This document shows, in pieces, positions 32,969 through 42,300 of a DNA stretch of 64,000 nucleotides. The stretch covers positions 320,001 through 384,000 of the forward strand of contig CAVXEP010000032.1 of assembly GCA_963760795.1 (NCBI GenBank). Reading direction: 5' to 3'. Origin of the DNA: an uncultured delta proteobacterium (GTDB lineage: Bacteria > Desulfobacterota > Binatia > UBA9968). The notes under the pieces are model-generated. The model was not told the DNA's origin. It did no database searches and saw only the letters and a list, made by a program, of their open reading frames with translations. A program made the translations under genes and the position numbers. The stretch's first letter is position 1. Every line of letters begins with the position of its first letter.

Positions 32969-35197
32969 ATGGCTGAAATCCGAAGCGTCGGTATTCCGAG
33001 TCCCCGAGTCGAAGGCGAGCATAAAGTCGGCGGCGGCGCTAAGTACGCCGTCGACATAAGTTTGCCGGGCATGCTGTGGGCCAAAGTGTTGCGCAGTCCG
33101 CTGGCTCACGCGCGGATAAAAAAAATCGATGTCGCCAAAGCGAGCGCGCTTCCCGGTGTTGTCGCGGTACTGACCGGAGCCGATCTCGCCGGCGCCAAGA
33201 TCGGCAAAAAAATCATCGACATGCCGCTGCTGGCCGAAGCCGTGGTGCGCTTCATGGGCGAAAAAATCGCCGCGGTGGCGGCGCAGAGCGAAGCGATTGC
33301 CGAGGCCGCGCTGGATTTGATCGAAGTCGAGTACGAAGAACTGCCGGTGCTGATCGATCCATTGGCGGCTGCGAAAACCGATGCGCCGCTGATCCATCCC
33401 AATGTCGCGGACTACAAAGGTCTGCTGCACAAGATCGATACGCCGAGCAATGTCTTCGTCAGCCTGGTCTGGAAGAAGGGCGTGGTCGAAGAGGGCTTTC
33501 GCCAATCCGACGTGATCGTCGAGAACACCTACACCGTGCCGGCGATTCACCAGGCCTATATCGAACCGCATTGTTCATTGGTGCGCGTCAATGCCGACGG
33601 CACGGCGGAAGTGTGGTCGTCGAACAAAAGCCCGTTCAATATGCGCGATCAGGTCGGCAATGCTTTGCAGATCGCGCCGGCGAGTTTGATCGTGCATTCC
33701 TGCTACGTCGGCGGCGATTTTGGCGGCAAGGGCGACGGCAACGATGTCGCGCTTTGCTATGCGTTGGCTAAGAAAACCGGCCGGCCGGTCAAGCTGTTGA
33801 TCGACTATACCGAAGAGCTCATGGCGGGTAATCCGCGCCATGGCGCGGTGATCAAGATCAAGACCGGGGTCAAGAAAAATGGCCTGATGATCGCCGAGCA
33901 TATCGAATTTATTTTCGACAGCGGCGCCTATGGTGCCTACCGCCCGCAAGGCTATCTGGTCGGTGCCCATGACGCGCCTGGGCCCTATCGGGTGCCCAAC
34001 TGTTTGATCGAAGAAAAATATGTCTACACCAATACGATGCCGGCAGGCTACATGCGCGCTCCGGGCCATCTTCAAGGCATGTTTGCCTCCGAGAGCCACA
34101 TGGATGTCGTCGCCAAGCGCTTGAACATGAATCCCATCGAGTTTCGCCGGATGAATTTCATGCACGATGGCGACCCGTCGCCGTTGGGCCATGTGATTCC
34201 GCATATCAAAGCGACCGAGACGCTCGCGCGCGCTGTCGAAGTTTCGGAGTTTGCCAAGCCCAAGAAAAAAAATAGCGGCCGCGGCTGTGCTGTCGGCGAT
34301 TGGGTTTCCAAAGGCGGGGAGTCTTACGCGCGCATTGCCATTGACGAGGAAGGTACAATAACTTTGTCTTCGGCGGTCACCGATACCGGTCCCGGTGTCT
34401 TCACCATGATGCGCCAGATTGTCGGTGAAGAACTGAAAGTGCCCCTCGATGCCATCGCCGTGGAGATGCTCGATTCCGATAAAGTTCTTAAAGATACCGG
34501 TGTCCGTGGCAGCAGCAGCACCCGCGTCCATGGCGGCTCGGCGTTAAACGCGGCGCAGCGGGCGCGCGAAGAGATTCTCCAGATTGCCGGCGTGGCGATG
34601 CAAGCCAGTCCGGACGAACTCCTGCTGTTCGATGGCGGCGTGACCCACGGACGGGCCGAGCGGCGTATGACCTACGGCGAAATCGCCCGCGCCAATGGCG
34701 GCCCGATTCTGGTCGAAGGTCATTACGCCAACATGTCGGATGGGCCCGAGGCGTCCTTGGTCGCTCAAGTCGCTGAAGTCGAGGTCGACGACGAGACCGG
34801 CGAGGTGCGCGTGACCAAACTCACCACCGCGCATAACACCGGCGCGATCTTGAATCCGTTGACCCACCAGGGACAGATCGACGGCTCCGTAGCCATGGGC
34901 TTCGGTTACGGCCTGGTGGAAAACCTCGCTTACGACGAGAGCGGCAGAGTGCTGGCGGCCAATCTCGGTGAATACAAGATTCCCAACATCAAGGATATGC
35001 CGCCGCTGCACACGACCATCTTGCAATCCGAGTTCGGCAGCGGCCCTTACAATAGCATGAGCATCGGCGAGACCGCCCTGATCCCGACGGCGGCGGCGAT
35101 CGCCAACGCCGTGGCGGATGCGGTGGGGGTGCGGATTACTTCGCTGCCGATTACCGCCGAGAAGGTGCTCAATGCGCTGAGAGGTCGAGTGGCTTAG
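32969..35197 (+). CDS. Xanthine dehydrogenase family molybdopterin-binding subunit
   Basis: LRSPLAHARI, Q.YIEPH, VGGDFGGK, MRAPG, GQIDG, IGE.ALIP. Confidence 0.93.
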   Translation: MAEIRSVGIPSPRVEGEHKVGGGAKYAVDISLPGMLWAKVLRSPLAHARIKKIDVAKASALPGVVAVLTGADLAGAKIGKKIIDMPLLAEAVVRFMGEKIAAVAAQSEAIAEAALDLIEVEYEELPVLIDPLAAAKTDAPLIHPNVADYKGLLHKIDTPSNVFVSLVWKKGVVEEGFRQSDVIVENTYTVPAIHQAYIEPHCSLVRVNADGTAEVWSSNKSPFNMRDQVGNALQIAPASLIVHSCYVGGDFGGKGDGNDVALCYALAKKTGRPVKLLIDYTEELMAGNPRHGAVIKIKTGVKKNGLMIAEHIEFIFDSGAYGAYRPQGYLVGAHDAPGPYRVPNCLIEEKYVYTNTMPAGYMRAPGHLQGMFASESHMDVVAKRLNMNPIEFRRMNFMHDGDPSPLGHVIPHIKATETLARAVEVSEFAKPKKKNSGRGCAVGDWVSKGGESYARIAIDEEGTITLSSAVTDTGPGVFTMMRQIVGEELKVPLDAIAVEMLDSDKVLKDTGVRGSSSTRVHGGSALNAAQRAREEILQIAGVAMQASPDELLLFDGGVTHGRAERRMTYGEIARANGGPILVEGHYANMSDGPEASLVAQVAEVEVDDETGEVRVTKLTTAHNTGAILNPLTHQGQIDGSVAMGFGYGLVENLAYDESGRVLAANLGEYKIPNIKDMPPLHTTILQSEFGSGPYNSMSIGETALIPTAAAIANAVADAVGVRITSLPITAEKVLNALRGRVA

Positions 35198-35259
35198 TGA
35201 TTTAGGGAAATAGCGAATTAGTTAGGACCGAGGGAATCGCGAGCCAAGACTATGGCGCA

Positions 35260-35634
35260 GTGCTTACCGACATGATGGGAAACGACATCAGCCCGCTACA
35301 ACGGCTGATTAACGCGACAAGGAATTCGCTCAACGGGATGGCACGGGCATGGCGGTCGGAAGCGGCGTTGCGCTACGAAATTTATGTTTTGTCCCTGGTG
35401 ATTCCGGCGGCGTTGATGCTGGCGCGGAATGCCGTCGAACGCGCGCTCATGATCGGCAGCGCCCTGCTAGTCGTGGTCGTCGAGATGCTTAATACCGCCA
35501 TTGAGACGGTGGTCGACCGGATCGGTCCCGATCACCACACACTGTCCGGCCTGGCGAAGGATTTGGGATCCGCCGGGGTGTTCTGCTCGATCGTCTTAGC
35601 GACGGCGGTCTGGGCCATCCTATTACTCGGTTAG
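35260..35634 (+). CDS. dgkA: Diacylglycerol kinase
   Basis: SEAALRYE, EMLNTAIETVVDRI, AKDLGSAGV; start may be the ATG at 35272/35275. Confidence 0.92.
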   Translation: MLTDMMGNDISPLQRLINATRNSLNGMARAWRSEAALRYEIYVLSLVIPAALMLARNAVERALMIGSALLVVVVEMLNTAIETVVDRIGPDHHTLSGLAKDLGSAGVFCSIVLATAVWAILLLG

Positions 35635-35817
35635 TTCAGCTCGTTTCCCGTGCAAAAGATTCAGCGATGCAAAATTGCCGATGAGGCCGAAAAATTGCGG
35701 CCTCGGCGTTGGAGTGATCTTACTTCGCTGGCCGGCGCACAGCCGCGAGCAGCAGCAGTATGTCAATTTGTTTCGTTTCCTTATTGCAAAAATCTCTGCC
35801 GAGTCACGACGTATCGT

Positions 35818-36303
35818 TCAGTGCGCCCGGTGCCGCAGCGCGTGGAGTTTGACAAACAGTTCGTAGAACGAGCCAAGGCTGCGTTCTTCCATCTCCGGGT
35901 AACCGGCGGTGTTGCGTGAGAGAATCGTCACGCTTAGCTGCTTCTTGTGCAGTTCGATTAGCTCGGCGTTTTTTTCATCCAGATAGGCGCCCACCGTTCG
36001 CAGTGTATTCGCCAGGCTATGAAAATCGGGGACACGGTTGGCCTTGCTGCGGTTGCTCGAGCCCTGGTGGTCTAATTGGTCAATGTCTTGATTGGTGAAC
36101 GCCAACGAAGTCGTCATTCCTTCGCTGCGCAGCCGTTTTTGCCAGTTACGCAAGGCCGCTAATAGCGAGGTTTCTTTTTCCGGGTCGCCGCGGGCAGTAT
36201 AGTTTTCGCCTTGACGGGTTAGCTCGAAAACCTGAATGCGTTGGGCTTCGAGAGATTGGCCGATGCTGCGCAGTTGCCGGTCGTAAGTGGTGTTGTCCGC
36301 CAT
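35818..36303 (-). CDS. Hypothetical protein with internal duplication
   Basis: AAGGAGG RBS before ATG at 36303; LRSIGQSLE / LRTVGAYLD repeats. Confidence 0.75.
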   Translation of the reverse strand: MADNTTYDRQLRSIGQSLEAQRIQVFELTRQGENYTARGDPEKETSLLAALRNWQKRLRSEGMTTSLAFTNQDIDQLDHQGSSNRSKANRVPDFHSLANTLRTVGAYLDEKNAELIELHKKQLSVTILSRNTAGYPEMEERSLGSFYELFVKLHALRHRAH

Positions 36304-36414
36304 TGATGAATCCTCCTTCAAAGTCTTGGCCCCGCTGCAAGATCCAGGTGTTGGCCGCCCGCGTCATAGCACTAGTCGATGATCAATAACAAGGGGTCGG
36401 CAATTCTCACTTTC

Positions 36415-36443
36415 TTGACAAGGTTAAGGGCTGATCGTAAGGT
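36415..36443 (+). promoter_or_regulatory. Putative sigma70 promoter of ubiD-family operon
   Basis: TTGACA-N17-TAAGGT, followed by GAGGAGG RBS. Confidence 0.55.
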
Positions 36444-36484
36444 GAAAATCTCAATTTTAACGTTTCAATTTCGAGGAGGATTTC

Positions 36485-37954
36485 ATGGCACGTCCGGAAC
36501 GCGCTGGCGCGGCGCATAGCAGCGTAACTTATCGCGGTTTGCGCGATTGGATCGAGCAGGTCGGAAAGATGGGTGAGTTACTTGAGGTCAACGGCGCCCA
36601 TTGGGACCGTGAGATGGGTTCGATCACGCAGATGCTCACCGAAGGCGGCAAGGGCAAGGCGCCAGCCATCGTTTTCGACGAAGTGCCGGGTTATCCCAAA
36701 GGCTATCGGACTCTCTACGGCCAGTTCTCAACTATCAAACGGGTCGCGCTGACCCTCGGTTTGCCGCTCGAATACGAACACAAGTCCGACATCGTCAAGG
36801 CCTACCATCATGTCATGACCGACATGAAGCTGCTTAAGCCAAAGATGGTCAAGACCGGGCCGATCTTCGAGAACGTTTTGGAAGGCGACAAAGTGGACGT
36901 GCTCAAGTTGCCGGTGCCGATCCACCACCAGGCCGACACGCACCGCTATGTCGGCACGGCGGATATGTGCATCACCAAAGATCCCGACGCGGATTGGTAT
37001 AACTTCGGCGCCTATCGCTGCGAAGTTTACGACGGCAAGACCATCGGCTGCCAGATCACCGAAGGCAAACATGGGCGGATTCATCGCGACAAATATTTCG
37101 AGCGCGGCCAGAGCTGCAAGTTTGCCATCGTCTGCGGCCAAGATCCGTTGCTCTATCTGCTTTCGGCCAGTCCGTTACCCTCGGGCGTGTCCGAGTATGA
37201 TTTCGCCGGCGGCATTCGCGGCGAACCAGTGGAGGTGGTGAAGGGACCGTTTACCGGATTTCCGATTCCCGCCGATGCCGAGATCGTCATCGAAGGTGAA
37301 GCGGTGCCGGGACAGACGCAGCCCGAAGGGCCCTTCGGCGAATGGATGGGTTATTATTCCGACGATGTCGTGCCGCGCCCCTATCTCAATGTGAAAACCG
37401 TCATGTACCGCAACAATCCGATTCTCACCTGCGCGCCGCAGCATAAGCCAGTCGACGAAACCGGCCTGCTTAAAGGCATCGCCGGCGCGGCGGAGATCTG
37501 GAACGCGCTGGAAGCTTGCGGATTGCCCGACATTCTCGGCGTGTGGAACCACGAAGGCGCGCCGGCGACTCGTTTCACCGCGATTCAAATCCGCCAGCGC
37601 TATCCCGGCCACGCGCGCAACGTATTGCACGTCGCGTCCAACTGCATGGCCGGCGCGTATAACGGCAAGTGGACCGTGGTTGTCGACGACGATGTCGATT
37701 GCTCGGACATCGATCAGGTGCTCTGGGCCATGGGCACGCGCTTCGATCCGATCACCGACATCGATCTGGTGCAGAAGGCTTGGTCTTCTGGGCGCGATCC
37801 GATGTTCTTGCCGGGCAATTTCAACAACCGTATCTTGATCGACGCTTGCCAGCCGTATAATCGCAAACTGCGCGGCGAGTTTCCCAAGGTCGTTGAAGTA
37901 CCCGAAGATTACCGGAGCAAGATGAGAGCGAAGTTTCCGCAGATCTTCAAATAA
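36485..37954 (+). CDS. UbiD-family (prFMN-dependent) decarboxylase
   Basis: LRDWIE, N.GAYR, IPADAEIVIEG, EGPFGE, VVVDDDVD...VLWA..TR. Confidence 0.93.
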   Translation: MARPERAGAAHSSVTYRGLRDWIEQVGKMGELLEVNGAHWDREMGSITQMLTEGGKGKAPAIVFDEVPGYPKGYRTLYGQFSTIKRVALTLGLPLEYEHKSDIVKAYHHVMTDMKLLKPKMVKTGPIFENVLEGDKVDVLKLPVPIHHQADTHRYVGTADMCITKDPDADWYNFGAYRCEVYDGKTIGCQITEGKHGRIHRDKYFERGQSCKFAIVCGQDPLLYLLSASPLPSGVSEYDFAGGIRGEPVEVVKGPFTGFPIPADAEIVIEGEAVPGQTQPEGPFGEWMGYYSDDVVPRPYLNVKTVMYRNNPILTCAPQHKPVDETGLLKGIAGAAEIWNALEACGLPDILGVWNHEGAPATRFTAIQIRQRYPGHARNVLHVASNCMAGAYNGKWTVVVDDDVDCSDIDQVLWAMGTRFDPITDIDLVQKAWSSGRDPMFLPGNFNNRILIDACQPYNRKLRGEFPKVVEVPEDYRSKMRAKFPQIFK

Positions 37955-37958
37955 ACTG

Positions 37959-38053
37959 AGTTCCAGCAGTTCCAAGGGTTCCAGAGGTTCCGATGGTAAA
38001 GCACGGAGCTTCCGAAACACTTGGAACGACTGGAACCCTGGAACGATTGGAAC
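37959..38053. repeat. Period-9 (GTTCCA)n ... (TGGAAC)n hairpin
   Basis: Four GTTCC units followed by four TGGAAC units, filling the intergenic gap. Confidence 0.85.
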
Positions 38054-38059
38054 TAATTT

Positions 38060-38786
38060 ATGGTCTTCACCAGTTGGCGTGGCGTGGTCGGCGTCGTGAA
38101 ACCGACCCATCGGCCGGGATCGTTGGAAGAGTTCATCCGGCTAATGCCCGAAGGCGTCGGCGTCGTGCCGGTGTATTTGGACTTCAAGCGCGGCACCGAA
38201 GACGAATTCGGCGCGGCGCTCAACGCTGTTCACGAGAAAGTCGCCGAGCTTGCCAAGGAAGGCGTCGATTTGATCCACCCCGAAGGCGCGCCGCCGTTCA
38301 TGATCCAAGGCTTCAAGGGCGAAGAAAAGATCACCAAAGCAGTGGGAAGATGAATTTAAAATTCCCATCGTCACCGCGGCGCAGACCCAGGTGGAAGCGC
38401 TGCGCGCGCTAGGCGTGAAGAAGTTCGTCGGCGTGACCTATTTTGTCGGCAGCATCAACGATATGTTCACCCGCTACTTCCAAGAAGCCGGCTTCGAAGT
38501 GTTGGCGATGGAAGGCATGAAAGTCGACTTCGCCGACGTCGGCCGTTTAGCCTCGACGGAAATCTACGGCCACACGCGCCAAGCTTTTCTCAAACATCCC
38601 GGCGCCGACGGCATTTACATGCTCGGCACCGGCTGGCGCTGTTTAGATATTATCCATCTGCTCGAAGAAGATTTGCAGGTTCCCGTGGTGCACGCCGTTC
38701 CCGCCCGCGTTTGGTCGGTGCAGAAGCGGCTGCATATACGCCAGAAAGTAAAAGGATTCGGCAAGCTGCTCGAAGAGATGCCGTAG
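38060..38786 (+). CDS. Asp/Glu racemase superfamily (maleate isomerase/arylmalonate decarboxylase-like); frameshift near 38345
   Basis: GVVKP, EEF.RLMPEGV, EALRALGVKK...VTY, YFQEAGFEV, LEEDLQVPVV. Confidence 0.85.
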
Positions 38787-38854
38787 AATTCAAAGGGAGG
38801 CGTATCGACTAAATTCAACCGCGATCCTAAGTAACTTGATCTACGGGGTGGCCA

Positions 38855-39969
38855 ATGCAAATCCCGAATCGATTCAGGTCGATGACGCTCATCGCCGTGG
38901 CTGGCGTTGGCGCTCTACGGCTGGCAGCGCGAGCACGCAGGAAGCAGATCAGCCCACCAACGATCTGCCCAATCCCTATCAAACCACAGCTCCATGGGGA
39001 AAGCTTCCTGAGGGGAGGGCGTGGGGGGCGCTGAACGCCGTCGCGATCGATAACGACGGTGAATCGGTCTGGGTCGCCGACCGTTGCGGTGCCAACCCCG
39101 ACACTCCGCCAGGCGCATCCGCGTTTCAATACGATAGTTGCGCCGGCTCCACTTTGGCGCCGATCCTTAAATTCGATTCGTCCGGTAACCTGTTGCGCAG
39201 TTTTGGCGCCGGCATGTTTATTTTCCCGCACAAAATTTATATCGATCGTGACGGCAATCTGTGGGTCGTCGATCAACGCTCCGCCAACGAGCGCGAGCTG
39301 GCGAAGTTCCCCGGCGAAAAGAGCAAAGGCCATAGTGTCGTCAAGTTTAGCCCCGACGGCAGAGTTCTCCTTACGCTCGGCAACCCGGGTGTGGCCGGAA
39401 ATCCGCCGGAGGCCTTGACGCAACCTACGAGTATTGTGATGGCTCCCAACGGCGATCTGTTCATATCCGAGGGGCACAATCAAAATCTTCAGGCGCCGCC
39501 GGATACTGTTTCACGCATCTCCAGATTCACCAAGGATGGCAAGTTCATCAAGTCCTTCGGCAAGCTTGGCTCGGCTCCGGGAGAATTCAGAGGCCCGCAT
39601 GACCTGACGATGGACGGGCAGGGGCGCTTGTTTGTCGCCGACCGCGGCAACATGCGCGTCCAGATCTTCGATCAAAATGGCAAGTATCTCGGCGAGTGGA
39701 AGCAATTCAGCCGACCGAGCGGGGTCTACATTCGCAATGACCTGATCTATGTCGCCGATTCCGAATCCAACGGCGTGGCGCCACACCCGGGATGGAAGCG
39801 AGGCGTCCGCATCGGCAGCGTCAAGGACGGCAAGGTGCTTTACCGCATCCCCGATCCGCTGGAGATGAAGGGAACCAGCGCAGCGGAAGGCATCGCGGTA
39901 GACGCCAAGGGCAACGTCTACGGCGCCGAAGTTGGCCCGCGTCAATTGGTGAAACACATTAAACAGTAG
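38855..39969 (+). CDS. Secreted NHL-repeat beta-propeller (peptidyl-alpha-hydroxyglycine lyase-like); frameshift in the leader
   Basis: WVADRCG, FPHKIYIDRDGNLWV, GEFRGPH, FVADRGNMRVQIFDQNG; signal-like N-terminus from ATG 38855. Confidence 0.85.
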
Positions 39970-40022
39970 AAGCAAAATGTTGCTACGACGGCTCTAAGAG
40001 ATGCCGTGGGTTAAACTAGAAT

Positions 40023-40162
40023 CGATGGGTCTCGCTTTGCTCCACCCATCCGACAAGAAACTGACGGGCAATCAAGTTTATGGCGTCGGTTGTGTAGGGG
40101 GTGTAATTTTTCACGCCTGGAATTGCCGGTATTCAAGAAGGCAGGATGAATCGCGCCCCGAC
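40023..40162. repeat. Cluster of degenerate GTAG-type REPs
   Basis: Reverse-strand GTCGGATGGGTGGAGCAAAGCGAGACCCATCG (40023-40054) and GTAGGGGGTG...GATGAATCGCGCCCCGAC (40094-40162). Confidence 0.6.
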
Positions 40163-40184
40163 AATTTGCTTTCGTGGATGTCTT

Positions 40185-41177
40185 TTAGAATCTGCCTTCC
40201 TTCTCCAGCTTCCTGACAAATCGGTCATCGACTAATTCTTCCGCTTTGAGCTTACGAATTTTTTCGTTGGTTTGTCCGAGCAGACGGATGACGTTGCGCA
40301 CGCCGTCGGCGCGCGGATAGATCTTGCGTTCGTAGATGCCGGCGAGGGTGTCGTAGCCTTCCATCGCCTGCTCAGTATTTTTTAACCGCAGTCCCTTCAT
40401 CAGACTTTTCAGCACCGCCGGTTTGTTCTCCGGTTGGGCGATGAAGTTCAAAGAGTCGACTAGAGCGCGCAGTACGTTCTCAATGACCTCCGGCGAAGAG
40501 TTCATATAGCGCCGGGTCGTCAGGACGCCGGTGCTTTGAAAGGGAATTGGCAGTTTCGCCAGGTCGCCGAGATTGGTAAACCCCTTGCTGATCAGCGGCG
40601 CGGAGAAGGTGTAGCCCAAGTGCGTGGCGGCGACGGTTTCATTGAGCAGCGCTTGGCTGCGCACCGATTCGTCGCCGAGGATGCGAAAGGTGATGCCGTC
40701 GCGTTTGGCGTCCAGGCCCCAATATTCAAGCGCCAAGGTGGTAAACATCCAGCTGCCGCCACTGGCGCTGGTGACGGCGATGACTTTGCCTCTCAAGTCG
40801 GCAGGGGTTTTGATTTTCGGCGAGGCCATGATGTTGCCGATGAGTTTGTTGATGATGCCGGCGACAAACACCAGATCCATGCCCTCGGCGGCGGAACCGA
40901 GCACGGCGCCGGTGGCCGAGCCGGAATGGAGCTGGGTTTCGCCCGAGGCGAGCGCCGCCATGCCAACCGGCCCATTGCGCACGATGACAAACGTCATTTC
41001 CAGACCGTAGCGGCGAAAGAAACCCTGGTCCTGGGCCACGTAGTTGACCGCATCGCGCTCGCTGAACGAGCCGCTGGTCATGATAAGTTTAGTGACCGCT
41101 TGGGCGCCGAAGGCGGGCACGGCTGCTGTCATCAGACTGCAAAGCAGCAAGTGTCGGAATGCAAGTTGAAGTTTCAT
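40185..41177 (-). CDS. ABC-type substrate-binding protein (NMT1/SsuA/TauA-like)
   Basis: Signal peptide, AQDQGFFRRYGLE, DLRGKVIAV, LVDDRFVRKLE. Confidence 0.88.
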   Translation of the reverse strand: MKLQLAFRHLLLCSLMTAAVPAFGAQAVTKLIMTSGSFSERDAVNYVAQDQGFFRRYGLEMTFVIVRNGPVGMAALASGETQLHSGSATGAVLGSAAEGMDLVFVAGIINKLIGNIMASPKIKTPADLRGKVIAVTSASGGSWMFTTLALEYWGLDAKRDGITFRILGDESVRSQALLNETVAATHLGYTFSAPLISKGFTNLGDLAKLPIPFQSTGVLTTRRYMNSSPEVIENVLRALVDSLNFIAQPENKPAVLKSLMKGLRLKNTEQAMEGYDTLAGIYERKIYPRADGVRNVIRLLGQTNEKIRKLKAEELVDDRFVRKLEKEGRF

Positions 41178-41294
41178 AGACGACCTCCGCGAACCCGACA
41201 GTAAAGAAAAGCCGTGACACGGTCAAGGCGAAATACCTTTGCGCGCCTGGACATGCTATAAGACCAGCGATATTCCACGAACTGTGAACTGAAG

Positions 41295-42113
41295 ATGATC
41301 CCTGACCCGGAAAAATTCCGCAATTTCGAATTGGCCGGCTGGCAGGAAATACCCGCGGGTTATCATGATGCCTTCGGCCCATTGACCAGGCAGGCGATTG
41401 CGCCGCTGCTCAAGGCGGTGCGCTTGAAGAAAGGCATGAGCTTTCTCGATATCGCCAGTGGGCCAGGCTACGTTGCCGCGGCGGCTGCCAAGCGCGGCGC
41501 GACGGTGCTTGGGATCGATTTCTCGGCGGCGATGGTCGCTCACGCCCGGCGCAGTCACTCCGGCGTGGAATTTCGCGAAGGCGACGCCGAGGAGCTGCCC
41601 TGCGGCAATGGTCTGTTCGACGCCGCGGCGATGAATTTCGGTATCCTCCATCTTGGTCGGCCGGAAAAAGCTCTGCTCGAAGCCCATCGTATACTGCGCG
41701 CCGGCGGCAGATTTGCTTTCTCGGTGTGGGCCAAGCCGGAGGAAACCATCGGCTTTGGCATTGTCTTGCGCGCCGTCGAGCTTCATGGCGAACCGCGCGT
41801 CGAGCTGCCCGAAGGGCCGCCGTTCTTTCATTACAGCGATCCCGATGAGTGTACACGGGGCTTGATTGTCGCCGGCTTCGAGTCGCCCGCTGTGACTAAA
41901 GTTCAACAGCTCTGGCGTTTGCCGGCCGGCGATGGTCTGTTTAACGCCATGAAAGATAGCACCGTGCGCACGGCCGGGCTCCTGCGCGCGCAAAAGCCAA
42001 CGGTATTGGAAAAGATCCGTGAAGAAATGCGCGGCGCATTGGCCAAGTACACCAAAGGGGACGTTGTCGAATTGCCGATGCCGGCGTGGGTGGCGTCGGG
42101 GGTTAAGTCTTAA
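41295..42113 (+). CDS. Class I SAM-dependent methyltransferase
   Basis: LDIASGPG, GIDFS, GDAEELP, RILRAGGRF. Confidence 0.9.
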   Translation: MIPDPEKFRNFELAGWQEIPAGYHDAFGPLTRQAIAPLLKAVRLKKGMSFLDIASGPGYVAAAAAKRGATVLGIDFSAAMVAHARRSHSGVEFREGDAEELPCGNGLFDAAAMNFGILHLGRPEKALLEAHRILRAGGRFAFSVWAKPEETIGFGIVLRAVELHGEPRVELPEGPPFFHYSDPDECTRGLIVAGFESPAVTKVQQLWRLPAGDGLFNAMKDSTVRTAGLLRAQKPTVLEKIREEMRGALAKYTKGDVVELPMPAWVASGVKS

Positions 42114-42115
42114 CT

Positions 42116-42288
42116 CGTTCAATCGCTTCGTTCAGTTCAAGCCGTTCAAATCGTTTCTCCGGTCACTGACCGAGGAAATTACACCAATGCGTAATATTGT
42201 CGGACCGCAAAGCTACGTGCGTTGTGAATTCATGGTCCGTTGGTCGGGAAACGACTTGAACGGCTTGAACGTTTTAAACGATTGGAAC
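42116..42288. repeat. Period-9 (GTTCAA)n ... (TTGAAC)n hairpin with about 95-bp spacer
   Basis: GTTCAATCG..GTTCAAGCCGTTCAAATCG / CGACTTGAACGGCTTGAACG..TTGGAAC between convergent genes. Confidence 0.85.
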
Positions 42289-42300
42289 CTGTTTTCTCTT

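Noticed and set aside
32969-35197. Aerobic CO dehydrogenase CoxL
   Set aside because: Lacks AYxCSFR (form I) and AYRGAGR (form II); no coxMS nearby.
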